NCBI GenBank assembly: GCA_017654855.1
Contig: CM030335.1
Coordinates: forward strand, 1,116,001 to 1,180,000
DNA length: 64,000 bases
DNA from: Podospora anserina
Lineage: Eukaryota
Reading direction: 5' to 3'
The notes under the pieces are model-generated. The model was not told the origin of the DNA. It saw nothing but the letters and a program-made list of their open reading frames with translations, and did not search any database. Shown here piece by piece: positions 27,042 through 38,364 of the stretch. The translations under genes were made by a program, and so were the position numbers. The first letter of the stretch is position 1; each line of letters begins with the position of its first letter.

Positions 27042-28226
27042 GACTACGACCAACTGACTTGAATGAGGGTGTGGGAAACCCTGGGTTGGTAAGTTGTTGT
27101 TCTATTGATGTATCGAGAAAAATCAGAACAAAAAAGTCAAGAAACAGGCAACCAAGCCTATATATTCTCATAAATCGGCATATTGAGTGGGCTTTTAACC
27201 CTCATAATTAGCCTCCTGACTGAGCCAACACGGCATGGCCGTCAACTCTGAGTCGGTATTGGCCGGTATTCGGGTCATCCCCCCCTCTCAGCCTTACACA
27301 TCGAAACGGAAAGACCCGAGCCCTGTACTGAACAAGGTAATAATCATCAATCTCACTGCATCCAACAGCTGGTCTGTTCCCCATGCATAGATAAAAAACA
27401 GAGACAATGCTGATGTGAGGTGCGGGATGCCAGATCCATTGTATAAGGAGGTAAGAAAGCCGGGACCCCAAAACTGGAACCACGAAATCATGTAACACCC
27501 CGAAAGCTTTCCTTGGGTATCACATTGACCAATACTCTCCTCTGAATGCTCTCTCCAACTTCCAGTCAGCTTCCAGCTGTCATTCCCAACACTGAATCTT
27601 GCCCTCCCAAATCCCAATCAAGCCATTGTATCTCACCCATACCGGCTCTTTTTGACAAGACATTCCGACGAGTACACCAACTGCAGAACACTTAGATGCA
27701 TGTCGCCCAAGCTCAAACCAAGACTTTATATTGAGGATGAATTTGAGGTGTAAGTGCGATTGATAACACTGATAACAGCCAAGATTGCCTTACCACCGCG
27801 CACGAGCCACTAGCCGCAGATCCACACAAAACGTCTCCCTTCTCCGGTTTTGGCTGCGCAACAAGCCACAAACCTCGTCAGTGGCGGGGGAGTGACCGTT
27901 GAGGTCACGTCATAGGCTTGGTCTGTGCTTTCGGGCAGATGGGTGATGATGGTATCGAAAGGTGAGCTCGACATGGGAAAATGAGCACGACTCGAGACTG
28001 AGGGAACACGATGTTCAAATGATGGATAGAACACTAGCAATATAGATGCGAATGCCTTCGATTCATGCATTGTTGTAAAAAAACTATAAAATTCATTATC
28101 ATCACCTACCTCCACACTCTCATTAGACCCAATTCTCATAACCGAACCGCCCCAGAAACTATCAGGACCAAAATACCCATCATAAACTATGGAACCCAAA
28201 AACTCTCGCAAATACCATGCTTATGC

Positions 28227-29168
28227 TTATACCGTCCCAAGTATCTGCCCCGTCGCCTCCTGCTGCTGCTTCTTCACAGCAGCACCCTTCTTCTTCCCAT
28301 GCCTGGCACACCAATTGCTGTGCCTCGGACTAGACCTTTCACATTTCTTCCTGGCCCCCTCCTCCGCCTTCGGCCCAAACTTCTGCGTGATATCACAATA
28401 CTCATACTTCTCCCCCATCCAATCCTTGATGTGCGTCTGCAACTGACACCTACTCACCACACACTTCCTGCAAAGTGCCTGCCCTCTGACCCTGAGACAT
28501 ATCAACGCCTTCCTCTCCTCGGGATCCAACCCCTCCTTTGGCCCTGGCTCGTTCTTCTGCGTCAAAAGTGATGGCTTGGCCGCGACATGCTGCCCGGCCA
28601 AGTGCCAAGCCCATTCTAGCTCGTTGGGCCCGGCGCGGTGAACAGCCAGCGGGACGGTGCCGTGGAGCCGGCGGTGGATGGAGTAGAGGTTGGAGTTGGT
28701 CAACCCAAGGCAGGTGCTGTCGATTGGGTCGAGAAAGTCAAAGATGGCGTAATGGATCTCGGGGGGGAGGTCCATGAGCTGGAGGCGGCCGCCAGGGCGG
28801 TGGTGGTGGGGAAGCGGTTCCTTATCTGTGACGGAATAGGAACGGCGAGGGGGCCCGAGGGGAGGTCGGCGGGGTGCAGCGACAGGATGGGGCGGTTGTT
28901 GCTGTAGCTGAAGCTGCCTGTTGTGTTCCTCTGACGGGCTGGTTACTGTGGAGGTTTGACGAGAGTCCTGTGAGAACCCGGGCGATGGCGGAGGGGAGTG
29001 GATGGTCTGGAGTGTGAAGACTGGTGGTTGAGGAATGCAGTAGTCATGGTGAGTGTGTGACCTTCGTGGAACACGCTTGTTGTCTCCGTTCCTTACGAGG
29101 CTTTGCTCGTTTAACCAATGCTCCTCCCTGGTATAGGGAGAGGGGACCTGCTCCAGCATAGCAAGCAT
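28227..29168 (-). CDS. F-box-like protein with Cys/His-rich C-terminus
   Basis: LMDLPPEIHYAIFDFLDPIDSTCLGLT matches the F-box pattern. ATG 29168 is in a ccgccaacATG context; single exon. Confidence 0.8.
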   Translation of the reverse strand: MLAMLEQVPSPYTREEHWLNEQSLVRNGDNKRVPRRSHTHHDYCIPQPPVFTLQTIHSPPPSPGFSQDSRQTSTVTSPSEEHNRQLQLQQQPPHPVAAPRRPPLGPPRRSYSVTDKEPLPHHHRPGGRLQLMDLPPEIHYAIFDFLDPIDSTCLGLTNSNLYSIHRRLHGTVPLAVHRAGPNELEWAWHLAGQHVAAKPSLLTQKNEPGPKEGLDPEERKALICLRVRGQALCRKCVVSRCQLQTHIKDWMGEKYEYCDITQKFGPKAEEGARKKCERSSPRHSNWCARHGKKKGAAVKKQQQEATGQILGTV

Positions 29169-31439
29169 GTTGGCGGTGGATAGGTAAAACCTGATTGGGC
29201 GTGTGCGTGAAGAGTGAAGGTTAATAAGTGTTCGCCCTTGAAATCGGGAGATATACCGTATATCAGATGTTAGGGCAATCGGACGATAGGCGATGATATG
29301 ATGGTTGCTGTGGGTGTTGAATATCTTTGGACTAGACCCGGATGGTGTCTGTTTATAGATCGGGCTCTTATTGTGTATATCGAGCAATGTCGGGTATCGA
29401 TGCTGAGTGGTTGCGTAGTTGAGATTTCATGTGCCAAAGCCGAAAGTCTCACGGAATGAATGCGAAAACCCCCTCAATAGCAAGCTCATGAGTTGGAGGG
29501 ATAACACAAGGTTATTAAATATGCCGTCTTGTTCAAAGGAGAGGGGGGGAAAACGTCTTTGTAGTGGTGGAGGGCCGGATATAAAGTGAGCAGAGGGAGG
29601 GGCCAGGGAGTTGCCGTGTGTCTGGTACGGTCCTCAAGAGAGGGGCGGAATGCCGGAAAAATCAACGATGACAAGTATAACACCAGTCAGCGGTAGGACG
29701 GGGAATGTTGGAGAAGATCTGGTGAGGGAGGTGAGTGTAACCGTCAAAGACGAAAAAATCTAGGGCTTCAGTGTTGAGACGGACGAATAAAAAGGATTCG
29801 GAGGGAGGGGACTGATCGGCACCGCCTGATTAGCTGGCTGTAGTGTAGGCCTGTCCCTGGCCTCCCTGGCCCGGTTTCCGGTGGTCACCAGCCCGGCCCT
29901 GCTGGAGAACACGACGAAATGTGGATTCCTCTCGATCTTCAAAAGCCGGGGCATGCTTTGCCCAACATGCACGACCTGCCGCCGACGCCGTGCGCTGCAA
30001 CCAGTGGGCAGCCCAGAGTCAATTGTACAACCCAAGACAGGCCTCGAACGACAGAGTTATGCACCTCTGTGCTCCGGCCAATGGGTGCGGCGGTAGCTTT
30101 CACTGGAATCCTGTTTTCTTGGCTCGCGCATTGGATGTCAACATCGGTCGATCAAAGAGGCAATGATAAGTTGTAACAATACCCCGAACGCCCAGAATCT
30201 AGACAGAACAGCAGCCAGTGGGCGGCTCTTGGGTGGTGTGAAGGGGTTTGGCTGACGGTTCGAGACTGGCAGGGGTGGTCATGAAGTCGATATGGGATTT
30301 GTGGGGATGGGCTTGTCTGGATCATTCTCTCTGCAGAAGCGACGATGCATCCTCCTGCGTGTCAACGTCGCCAATTCTTGGCCCAGATAAACGCGGCCGT
30401 TGGCAAATCGACCGACGGTCACCGGGCCTGGCACCTCGCCACTTCCGTTGTCCGCCCTCAGGTTCTGTACTGTTGCATTGCGCTCACAATTTCAGACTGC
30501 TACAGATCAAGCAGCACCTTCAGCTTGTGAGTGTAATTCTTGGAACTTCCAAGGCGGGGATCTCCGTAGGTTAGCAGCATCTCCAAAATCTGGCAGTTTT
30601 GAAATTGTCATGTTCCAAGCACTTGGGATAAGTGGTAAACTCAAAAAAAGATCGAATCACTCTGTTTCCGCCTTCTCGATCCCAACACCCAGCCTGTCGG
30701 AGCATCCACTGCATCCTGTCCATATCCCAGGAGGTCTATGACGACTTACACGTGAGCAAACGGTCAAGGTGGCATCCAATGCAACAAGAGATCAGTAAAC
30801 GTCAGCGACTGCAAGAGCAACCCCCAAGGATCTACAATCAGACCACAACTGAGATATTTGGTAACTGTTTTCAGCTGCTGTGACATACGATGGCAGCAGT
30901 TCGAACTGTATGTGAAATCTCCCGGTGGCAAAAGACATCACCGGAGACAAGAGATCTGCCATGATTGACCGTGCCGCCCCCGTACCTCTACGGCCGGCAA
31001 CTTGGCCATCCTGCCCCGGACTGGACCCGGCCCGTTGTCTCCTGTATCCTCATGTGACAACAGTTAATAATTTTTGAAGAGAGCACTTCTATGAAGAAGA
31101 TACGACTACTCGGATCAAGCCAAAGTTTTTGTGTCGAATTTAAACCTCAGGAATGCAACTGTTTGTATGCAAAATGTCATAATGGGATAGATAAACTACC
31201 CCTCTTCGAAGATAATCCCGATAGCCTTACGTATGCCATGCGTCATTTCCTGAAGATCTTCGGGTCAATAGTCTCCGCATATCACTTCGCAATAGTCTCA
31301 TTCGAGCAAAAAGGTGACAAAGAAGTGATACCTGTGACAGCTGAAACCCGTCCAAAGGGTAATTACATATCAACCTCAATAGACCAGGGGCCACAAAACC
31401 GAGTATATTCAGACCGACTGTTTACACCCCCTCCTCGAT

Positions 31440-31691
31440 TGTGACACCACGTTGTGGATAAAGAAACAGAGATTGCTAGGTTGGATGAAGGCCTTAAAAG
31501 ACGATTAGCAGGCCCTTAAAGAAGGTCCATATGATTTAAAGACAACTACATAGGTGTTGAGTATTCATTATAGTCTTTGAAAATAGTAGAAAGGCCTCAA
31601 AAGATCGTGCATAGGCCTTTATAATAGTCAAAAGGCCTCTGTTATCTTTTTAGCCCTCAATCTTTATCTTGTCCACAGCGTGACTGTCACA
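31440..31691. mobile_element. 252-bp element with TGTGACA..TGTCACA ends and imperfect terminal inverted repeats; solo LTR or hairpin MITE
   Basis: Left end tgtgacaccacgttgtggataaaga versus reverse-complemented right end tgtgacagtcacgctgtggacaaga. AT-rich interior with repeated aggcct. No clear target-site duplication. Confidence 0.65.
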
Positions 31692-31921
31692 CCACGCACC
31701 GATTGGTGCAACATGTAAAGAAAACCATCAAATTAGAAGTATCGTTGCCTGAATAGCAGCACGCACGCCCCTTCCCCCCTCCCCCCCCTCACAAAACAAA
31801 ACGAAGGATGACTGCCAAACTCGCTTTTTGAGCATGACAAGTAGTATCTTGATCTTGTTTCAACACACCAACCCAACACCCACCCCCCCCATTCTGCTCA
31901 CTTCTCCGGGTCCATGACTCC

Positions 31922-32670
31922 CTAAACGGCAATCCAGATAAGCATCAACACCACATCCAGCCCCTTGGCATCGCCATCCCACTTGTAGCTCCACATTCCA
32001 TCCGTCTTCTCGTTCCAGTAACCGCCCGTCGCGCTGTGCATGCCCCGGCGGCCAGCCTGCTTCTTCGCCGCGGCAGCAGCCTCGGCGTCGGTGGTGCCTG
32101 TACTTGTCGGCTTGTTGAGCTGGGAGGTGGGGACGACGTGCTGGACGATGGTGCTGTTGATGGCGAACTTGTACTGGGGGGATGAGGCGCCGGCGGGGGT
32201 GGCCTCGGACATTAGCGCCTTGAGGACTTTTTGCTGTTTGGCGGTATGTTAGCCATGTTGATAAAGTAAAACCGAGGTTGGTTGGTAGGTAGTTGGTACG
32301 TACGATAATGGTCTCATTCCATCCTGCGGTCTTGGGGTGCTCGTAAAACTCGACGTTCTCGAGAACGCTGTTGCAGGCCTGTTTATCGCATTGGGTTTTG
32401 GTTAGTTCGGGTTGATCGTTCGCAAGGCTATCGCATCTTGGGGGTCGTAATGTTGGGGTGGTTTTTGCAGTCGGGAGGTAAATATCGTGAATCAAATGTT
32501 CAGGGCGAGAAAGGAGTCAAACGGGAGGGTCGACGCACATCGGAAGCAATCTGCTCGAGACGCTTGAAGGGAATTGGCTATTTGTTGATAAGGTCAGTAT
32601 TAAGGCATTCCGTGTCGCGGATAAATAAGAAGCCTGGGATAGGTAATCATACAGAGGTGGACTCAGCCAT
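31922..32670 (-). CDS. TCTEX1: Dynein light chain, Tctex-1 family; exons 32670-32653, 32577-32539, 32378-32304, 32233-31922
   Basis: Spliced protein MAESTSPIPFKRLEQIASDACNSVLENVEFYEH..WNETII..YKFAINSTIVQH..GMHSATGGYWNEKTDGMWSYKW..VVLMLIWIAV. Three phase-0 canonical introns. Confidence 0.9.
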
Positions 32671-33046
32671 GTTGTCTGTTGAACTATTTATTATTATGGT
32701 TTGGGTGATTGCTTTTCGCGGGGCTGTTGTTGTGGTGCTTTGGGAGATGCGGTGACAGTCGCTTACTTGTTTGGGTTTCGTTTGGATGCCTGCGCTCCAA
32801 GAACCGTAGCGAATAGGGTGCGTTGTGCCTGCGTGTTAGCCCCAAAGGCCAGAAGCTGCTGTCAACAAAAACAATGGGATTAGACACAAAACCCAAGAAA
32901 CACACTGCTGATTAGGATGCAAGGAGATATTAGGAATGATAGTATCTTGTAGTAATATTTACAGCTTGCGCAAGCGCCATTGTTTGATGACATCTCAACC
33001 CAAACACTAGCTCTATTGAGGCTTGCCACTAAAGGCGCTCAAATAT

Positions 33047-33584
33047 ACGGACAAGAAGGCAAATTCTTTAAATAAAAATCCAGAGAGTTGATATTAAGAA
33101 AAAAGCCGTGCCGATTACTTTAGTACTTGCTTGAGTTATGATTAAATACCTATAAACTATTTACTAAAGCTAAATAAATTACGTATTAAAGCTAGATAAA
33201 GCTAAAGCTATATACTACCCGCTTAAATCTATATACTACTTACGAATAACTTTATTTTATTTATGTTACTGCTGTATACCATATCGCGCGTAATTACTAC
33301 TACTATATTTTGTATAGTTGTAAATGATATTTATATAACATTTTATGTATAAAAATCATCTTGTAATTAAAAAATAAAAGCGTATAATAAATAAATAAGT
33401 AATTATATTTGTAAATATTTAATTGAATATTAGATAAGTATGTAGTATATAATTGAAGTTGCGAAAATGCGGTTGAAAAGCTATAATCCCTACTTATATA
33501 ATAGCAAGTAAATAGCAGGTGTAGCGTAAAATTGGATGTTAACTTTCTAGATTTTTATTTTGGAGAACTTACCTTATCGTCCGT
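33047..33584. mobile_element. RIP-degraded MITE or internally deleted DNA transposon (~540 bp) with ~49-bp TIRs, flanked by TA/TATA
   Basis: 33047-33094 versus reverse complement of 33536-33584: 38/49 identical, and 9 of 10 mismatches are transitions. Interior is extremely AT- and TpA-rich. Confidence 0.85.
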
Positions 33585-33685
33585 TATACTCAAGGCTCTC
33601 AACGGCTCTGTAAGAGGCTAGCCACAGCTCCATGATCCCCACCACTTTTGGAGAGCAGTGGGCGCTGCGCGGCAACAAAACTCAT

Positions 33686-33737
33686 CACGTGAGCCCTTCA
33701 ACACCAACCACTCAAAACCAGGGACCAGACCCACGTG
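33686..33737. promoter_or_regulatory. Two CACGTG E-boxes upstream of VTC1; candidate Pho4/NUC-1-type sites
   Basis: CACGTG at 33686-33691 and 33732-33737, about 270-320 bp upstream of the VTC1 ATG. VTC genes are known PHO-regulon members in yeast. Confidence 0.6.
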
Positions 33738-34005
33738 CATTCGTGTTTCGGCTGCAAGCGCTGCGGGACCCTCTGACGTTGTGTCTCATTGATCAATATT
33801 GAAGCTTCAACCTCTGCGCCCCCAACTGGCACCATCTGGAGCACTTGCACTGCGGCGCAACAGCTTTTTCCAGTCGAAACAGCACCACCATACCAACCGG
33901 CTCAATCTCAACGGTATCGCCAAAACATCTCTTCAGATAATCGAGTTCATATCTATATACCACCCACCGTCCGAACGGATAATTATACACACAACCACCG
34001 TCACC

Positions 34006-34459
34006 ATGTCCAGCCAACCACTCCTCCAAACCGCCCCAGGTTTGTCTCTCTCTCTCTATTTCACCGCTACCAATTCTCAAAATCTAACTTCTCGCCCTAG
34101 GCAAGCGCATCGCCCTCCCCACCCGCGTCGAGCCAAAAGTCTTCTTCGCCAACGAGCGCACCTTCCTCTCATGGCTCAACTTCACCGTCATCCTTGGCGC
34201 CCTCGCCATCGGCATGCTCAACTTTGGCGACCGCCCCGCCTTCATCTCCGCCTTCTTGTTCACCGGCGTGGCGATGGCGACCATGATCTATGCCCTGATA
34301 ACGTACCACTGGCGAGCAAAGTCTATACGGATGAGGGGGCAGGCCGGGTTCGACGACAGGTTTGGCCCCACGTTTTTGGCGATTATTCTGCTGCTGGCGG
34401 TGGTGGTCAACTTTGTGTTGAGGATCACGTACTCGCATCAGGAGGGGGAGAAGCCTTGA
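34006..34459 (+). CDS. VTC1: Vacuolar transporter chaperone 1 (polyphosphate VTC complex); exons 34006-34039, 34101-34459
   Basis: [37 protein letters not shown], three hydrophobic helices, and FDDRFGPT. Confidence 0.95.
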
Positions 34460-35088
34460 GTTGGAAGAGGTGGTCTTTTTGGGATGGAGAGTAAAGGGAG
34501 GGAATTGTGGGGGGTGAGGGGAGGGAATGGTGGTGTTGAGAAGAAGGCTCGGGCCGTACTGGCATTCGCTCTTGTGGCTTGGGATCGGTGTAACAACAAC
34601 GGAATGATATCTTACTGGGGCCTGTTGCGTGAATTTGGACTAGTATTCGCATGGCATTGTATAGCATTGCATTGGCTGCATGGTAGTTGGGTGTCTTGGT
34701 TTAGATTGTATATGAGAGACGCGGCGCATTTTTTTCTATCAACGTTTCAATTGATATAGTGGGAATTTCGTAGGAGGCCACAATTTCATGAGGCCAATGG
34801 GAACAATATTCACAGCTCCAGTAACCTGAGGTTGGTTCTCGCGCTGTTGCTGCCTATTCTACAGAAGTCATACATGCAACCCTTGTCTTCTAAGAGGGAA
34901 AAGAAAAAGAAAGAAAAAAGTCCAGATCCTGTAGTGGCAGACCCTTCTGCCCGCGAAATAATGCCGGGTATCATAAAATATTGCCAAACGCCGTGACTCT
35001 CAAAAGACCGTGCCGTTGACGCCTCGCCATGAACACTCTATCCCACATAGACCGATTTATGCTTCGCCCAAAGTGACCTCCTAACCTC

Positions 35089-35934
35089 CTAACGAGCCAT
35101 ACCATCCTTCCTGCGCCGGATATCATCGATAGTTTGCTCATTTGTTTGAGCGCCCACGTTTGCCAAGACCCTGAGCTCCTCCAATGGAACCCTCGATAAG
35201 AGAACCGTCATATGCGCCTTGTATTTTGGTTTGGCCGGGTCGACAGCCTCCTCATGAATGATGGGTCTCATTGACTCAAAGTACACCTCCTCCGCAGCAC
35301 CACCCTCAGCATTGCCCTGGTGACCGTTTCCCTCGCCCTCCACATCCATGTGTGTCTGCTCCACTATCGAGGGGAAATCGTCGGCTGCCTTCTGCATCCG
35401 AGGGTCGTCGTACACCACCGTCTCGCTCAGGATGTTGTACTGGTACCACTTTTGCTCTGACTCACCAATTCGCCTCCTGATCAGTTCCGCAATGGAGATA
35501 AGCTTGTTGGAGGTGGTCGACTTGGCGCAAAGCAGCACCACGCCGGGAAGGACTGTGTCGTCCCAGGCGCTGAACCGGCCGAGGTGCTGGAGGGCCTTGT
35601 CGACGTGCTTGGATATGCTCGTGGAGGGGATAACGCTCATGGCTCTGACTTCGTATTTGGGGACGATTCTCTCGAGGACGGGGTTGTAGATCTGAGCGAA
35701 GGGGCTTGTATTTTGTGGGTTTGTTGATGACGAAGGTGGGAAAGTTTGTGTTTGTGACTGGATATTGTGGGATGAGCGTCCTTCTAGTCGGCCGGTACCG
35801 GTTCGCTTCTTTTTCGAGGAGGGGGGATTGGTATCGTCGCTGTGGAATTTGCGCTTTCCAGGCAGCGCTGCTGACTGTGGACGCATGGTATCTTGTGGAC
35901 TCTTTGTGGATGGGAAGGCTTGCAGTGCGGCCAT
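35089..35934 (-). CDS. Alba-like nucleic-acid-binding domain protein (possibly related to RNase P/MRP Alba-fold subunits)
   Basis: SVIPSTSISKHVDKALQHL..VVLLCAKSTTSNKLISIAELIRRRI..WYQYN..MTVLLSRVPL resembles the Alba-fold pattern. Basic NLS-like N-terminus. Start codon uncertain. Confidence 0.65.
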   Translation of the reverse strand: MAALQAFPSTKSPQDTMRPQSAALPGKRKFHSDDTNPPSSKKKRTGTGRLEGRSSHNIQSQTQTFPPSSSTNPQNTSPFAQIYNPVLERIVPKYEVRAMSVIPSTSISKHVDKALQHLGRFSAWDDTVLPGVVLLCAKSTTSNKLISIAELIRRRIGESEQKWYQYNILSETVVYDDPRMQKAADDFPSIVEQTHMDVEGEGNGHQGNAEGGAAEEVYFESMRPIIHEEAVDPAKPKYKAHMTVLLSRVPLEELRVLANVGAQTNEQTIDDIRRRKDGMAR

Positions 35935-38364
35935 ATGCTTGTATGGGTGGGTGGAAGGGGTGGTATCGGGTCTGACAGTTGCTGGTGAAATGTTGCGCAA
36001 AGAATTGGATTGTTGTGTAGTTGATAGAAGGCTGCAGCTGAGGCTGGCCGTTGCTCAGAAAATCCAATGCCACACGCCGCTCGGTCATTATTTGACGCGT
36101 AAAACACTGTGGGGTTGACAGGTCATTATCGATAAGATTGATAAGACTTGCCATCAAAGAAGAGGCAGGACCAGAAGTCAACGCGCACAACTATTAATAC
36201 GATCTTCTGAATTTGTTCAGAACAAAAGCCATCTTGACCTATTGTGGATTTATTTAGGAGGCTTCACTTCTGTCTCGATGGTCATCTTATTCTCAGCGAG
36301 TGCAAGGTCTCAGGTATACACGACCTTATCATCAGACGACAACAGCAACACAAACAAAAGATATCCGTATCGATATTCTAATGCAGGAAGGAGCAACCAG
36401 AAGTATTCAATCGGGGTATTCTTGAAGACCTGAAGAGCTACCGCATTTCTTATTTTTGGTCGCTCATTTGTTGTCGCAAGACAGAAGGGCGAGGCTATCA
36501 GCTGCCAGCTCGACTCCTCTCATATGTGTTAGTGCTCTGCACCTGTTGTGAAAGGCTGCATAATTTCGAGTGTCGAGATTGGGTCCTAACAGTTTGCTCC
36601 ATCCAGTCTCCATCAAACCCAGCCAGCCTTGCGAGTGACATGTTGCTGGTTAGGGGCCCAAGCTCCAGTGTCAGCGGGCCCACACCTGTGTTCCTAGCGT
36701 TGATAAGCACACTCCCCAAAACATATGCACATAACGGGTTTCCAGCTCTGGCATAACATATGCAGCTACCCACACCAGCCAACCTTAATGCACGATGAGG
36801 GTCGAAACAACTCAGGTTTCGGCCCGGACAACTCCTCTTGAGGCGTCATGCGATGTGTCCACTGACGACATCTTCAAACTTTGCGATACGGAGTGTGCTG
36901 GTGGTGTTTTACGGTGCAACTTTGGAGTTGATATCAGCAAACACGAGGTGGGAGAAATGCATTCATAAAAACAGAGTCGCAATGCCATCGCAAATGACGG
37001 AACACGGCAATCTGTGTAATACACATGCCCAGCCAACCGTAATTACAGTACGGATCTCTCTGCCTCCTGAATGGGACCTATCACATCAAGGGATGGCTCG
37101 CTATTCCTGGATCCAATAACAACTGGCCCCCGAGATGCATGCGAGAGCTCGCACACCACCTTGTTAGTAGTTTGCGTGGCGCACTGCCCTCTCTCCTGCC
37201 CCCCGTCTCACGCACTGTGCAGCTCGATGGGCAAGCTTCAAGGCTCCAGACCAGCTTAGCTTTGCACCGGCTGCTCCCAACGCTCCAGTTTTCGTGGAGA
37301 AAGGCATCTGGCAGATGGGGAAGGCTCGTAGCGGTGAAAGAGATGCGAGGGACCACGTCAGAGTGTGCTGTCGTCTCCTAGTCGCCTGTCTACACCGTGT
37401 TTTTGTTATCGCCGACCGTTGTGACGTTTCTCGCTGCCATGTCTGCGTCTTTCAAGATCTGGGGCTTGGCGTGGTCTCTGTTCGGCACCAGCGCCGCTCT
37501 GTTGCGTCTTCCTGGAGCCTTCGCGCTGCTTCCTTTCCCGGCTGTGAAGCTGCACACAGCTCATGCAAGACAAGGCGCCCCGCTCTGCCCCCATGGCGCC
37601 GTGTGGTGCCAGCCAATCACATGACACAAACCGAGGAAAGGGGGTGGTGGTCCGGGCGTGCGTTTGTGACTAGGCCCTTGTCCCCTTGCATCCACTTTTG
37701 CCTCTCTGATCCAACTTCCAAACAATTTCCCCCTTGGATGCAGCGTCTCCCCTTACAACCCGCGTGACAGCGCCCATCACCCCCCAACTCTCTCCATCAT
37801 CTCGCAACAACCTCAAGCTTCCCAGCTGAACCACGCAAAAACCTCCTCAAAAAACGCATCGCGACCCAAACCTTGTTGCGTTTTTATTCTCGCACTCATT
37901 TCGCTGCATCTTTTTTTGAACAAAGTCTCTCCTTTCTGCTCCCGACAGACTGTCCGCGACGCTTTAACTAGCTTTCGCGCGCATCGCACCTCGCTGTTGA
38001 CGAGCACTTTCATTCCAGCCATCGCAAGGCAATCGCGACACTTGCGCAAGCTCCAGAGCGAGGGTGGCGCCAGCAGTTTGCCTCTGGTCTGACCCTGTTT
38101 CCCGGCCGCCTCTCAGGCCTCGCCCACTGCACACCCCAAGTCAACCCACGGACCACCTGCAAGCGACCTCGGAGGTTACGTCAGCCTTGCTCCGACGACC
38201 AATCACCGTCTCCGACCCACGCTTCAACCACTTCTGTCTCGGCCGCTGCTGCCTGCCTTGCGACACGCCATCGATAGAAGAGTCAAGACGTGCTGGTGCC
38301 GCCTTCTCTTTCTCCGCCGTCACTGTCTTTTTGACACATGCAGGCTCTTGTCCAGGAATCGCCC

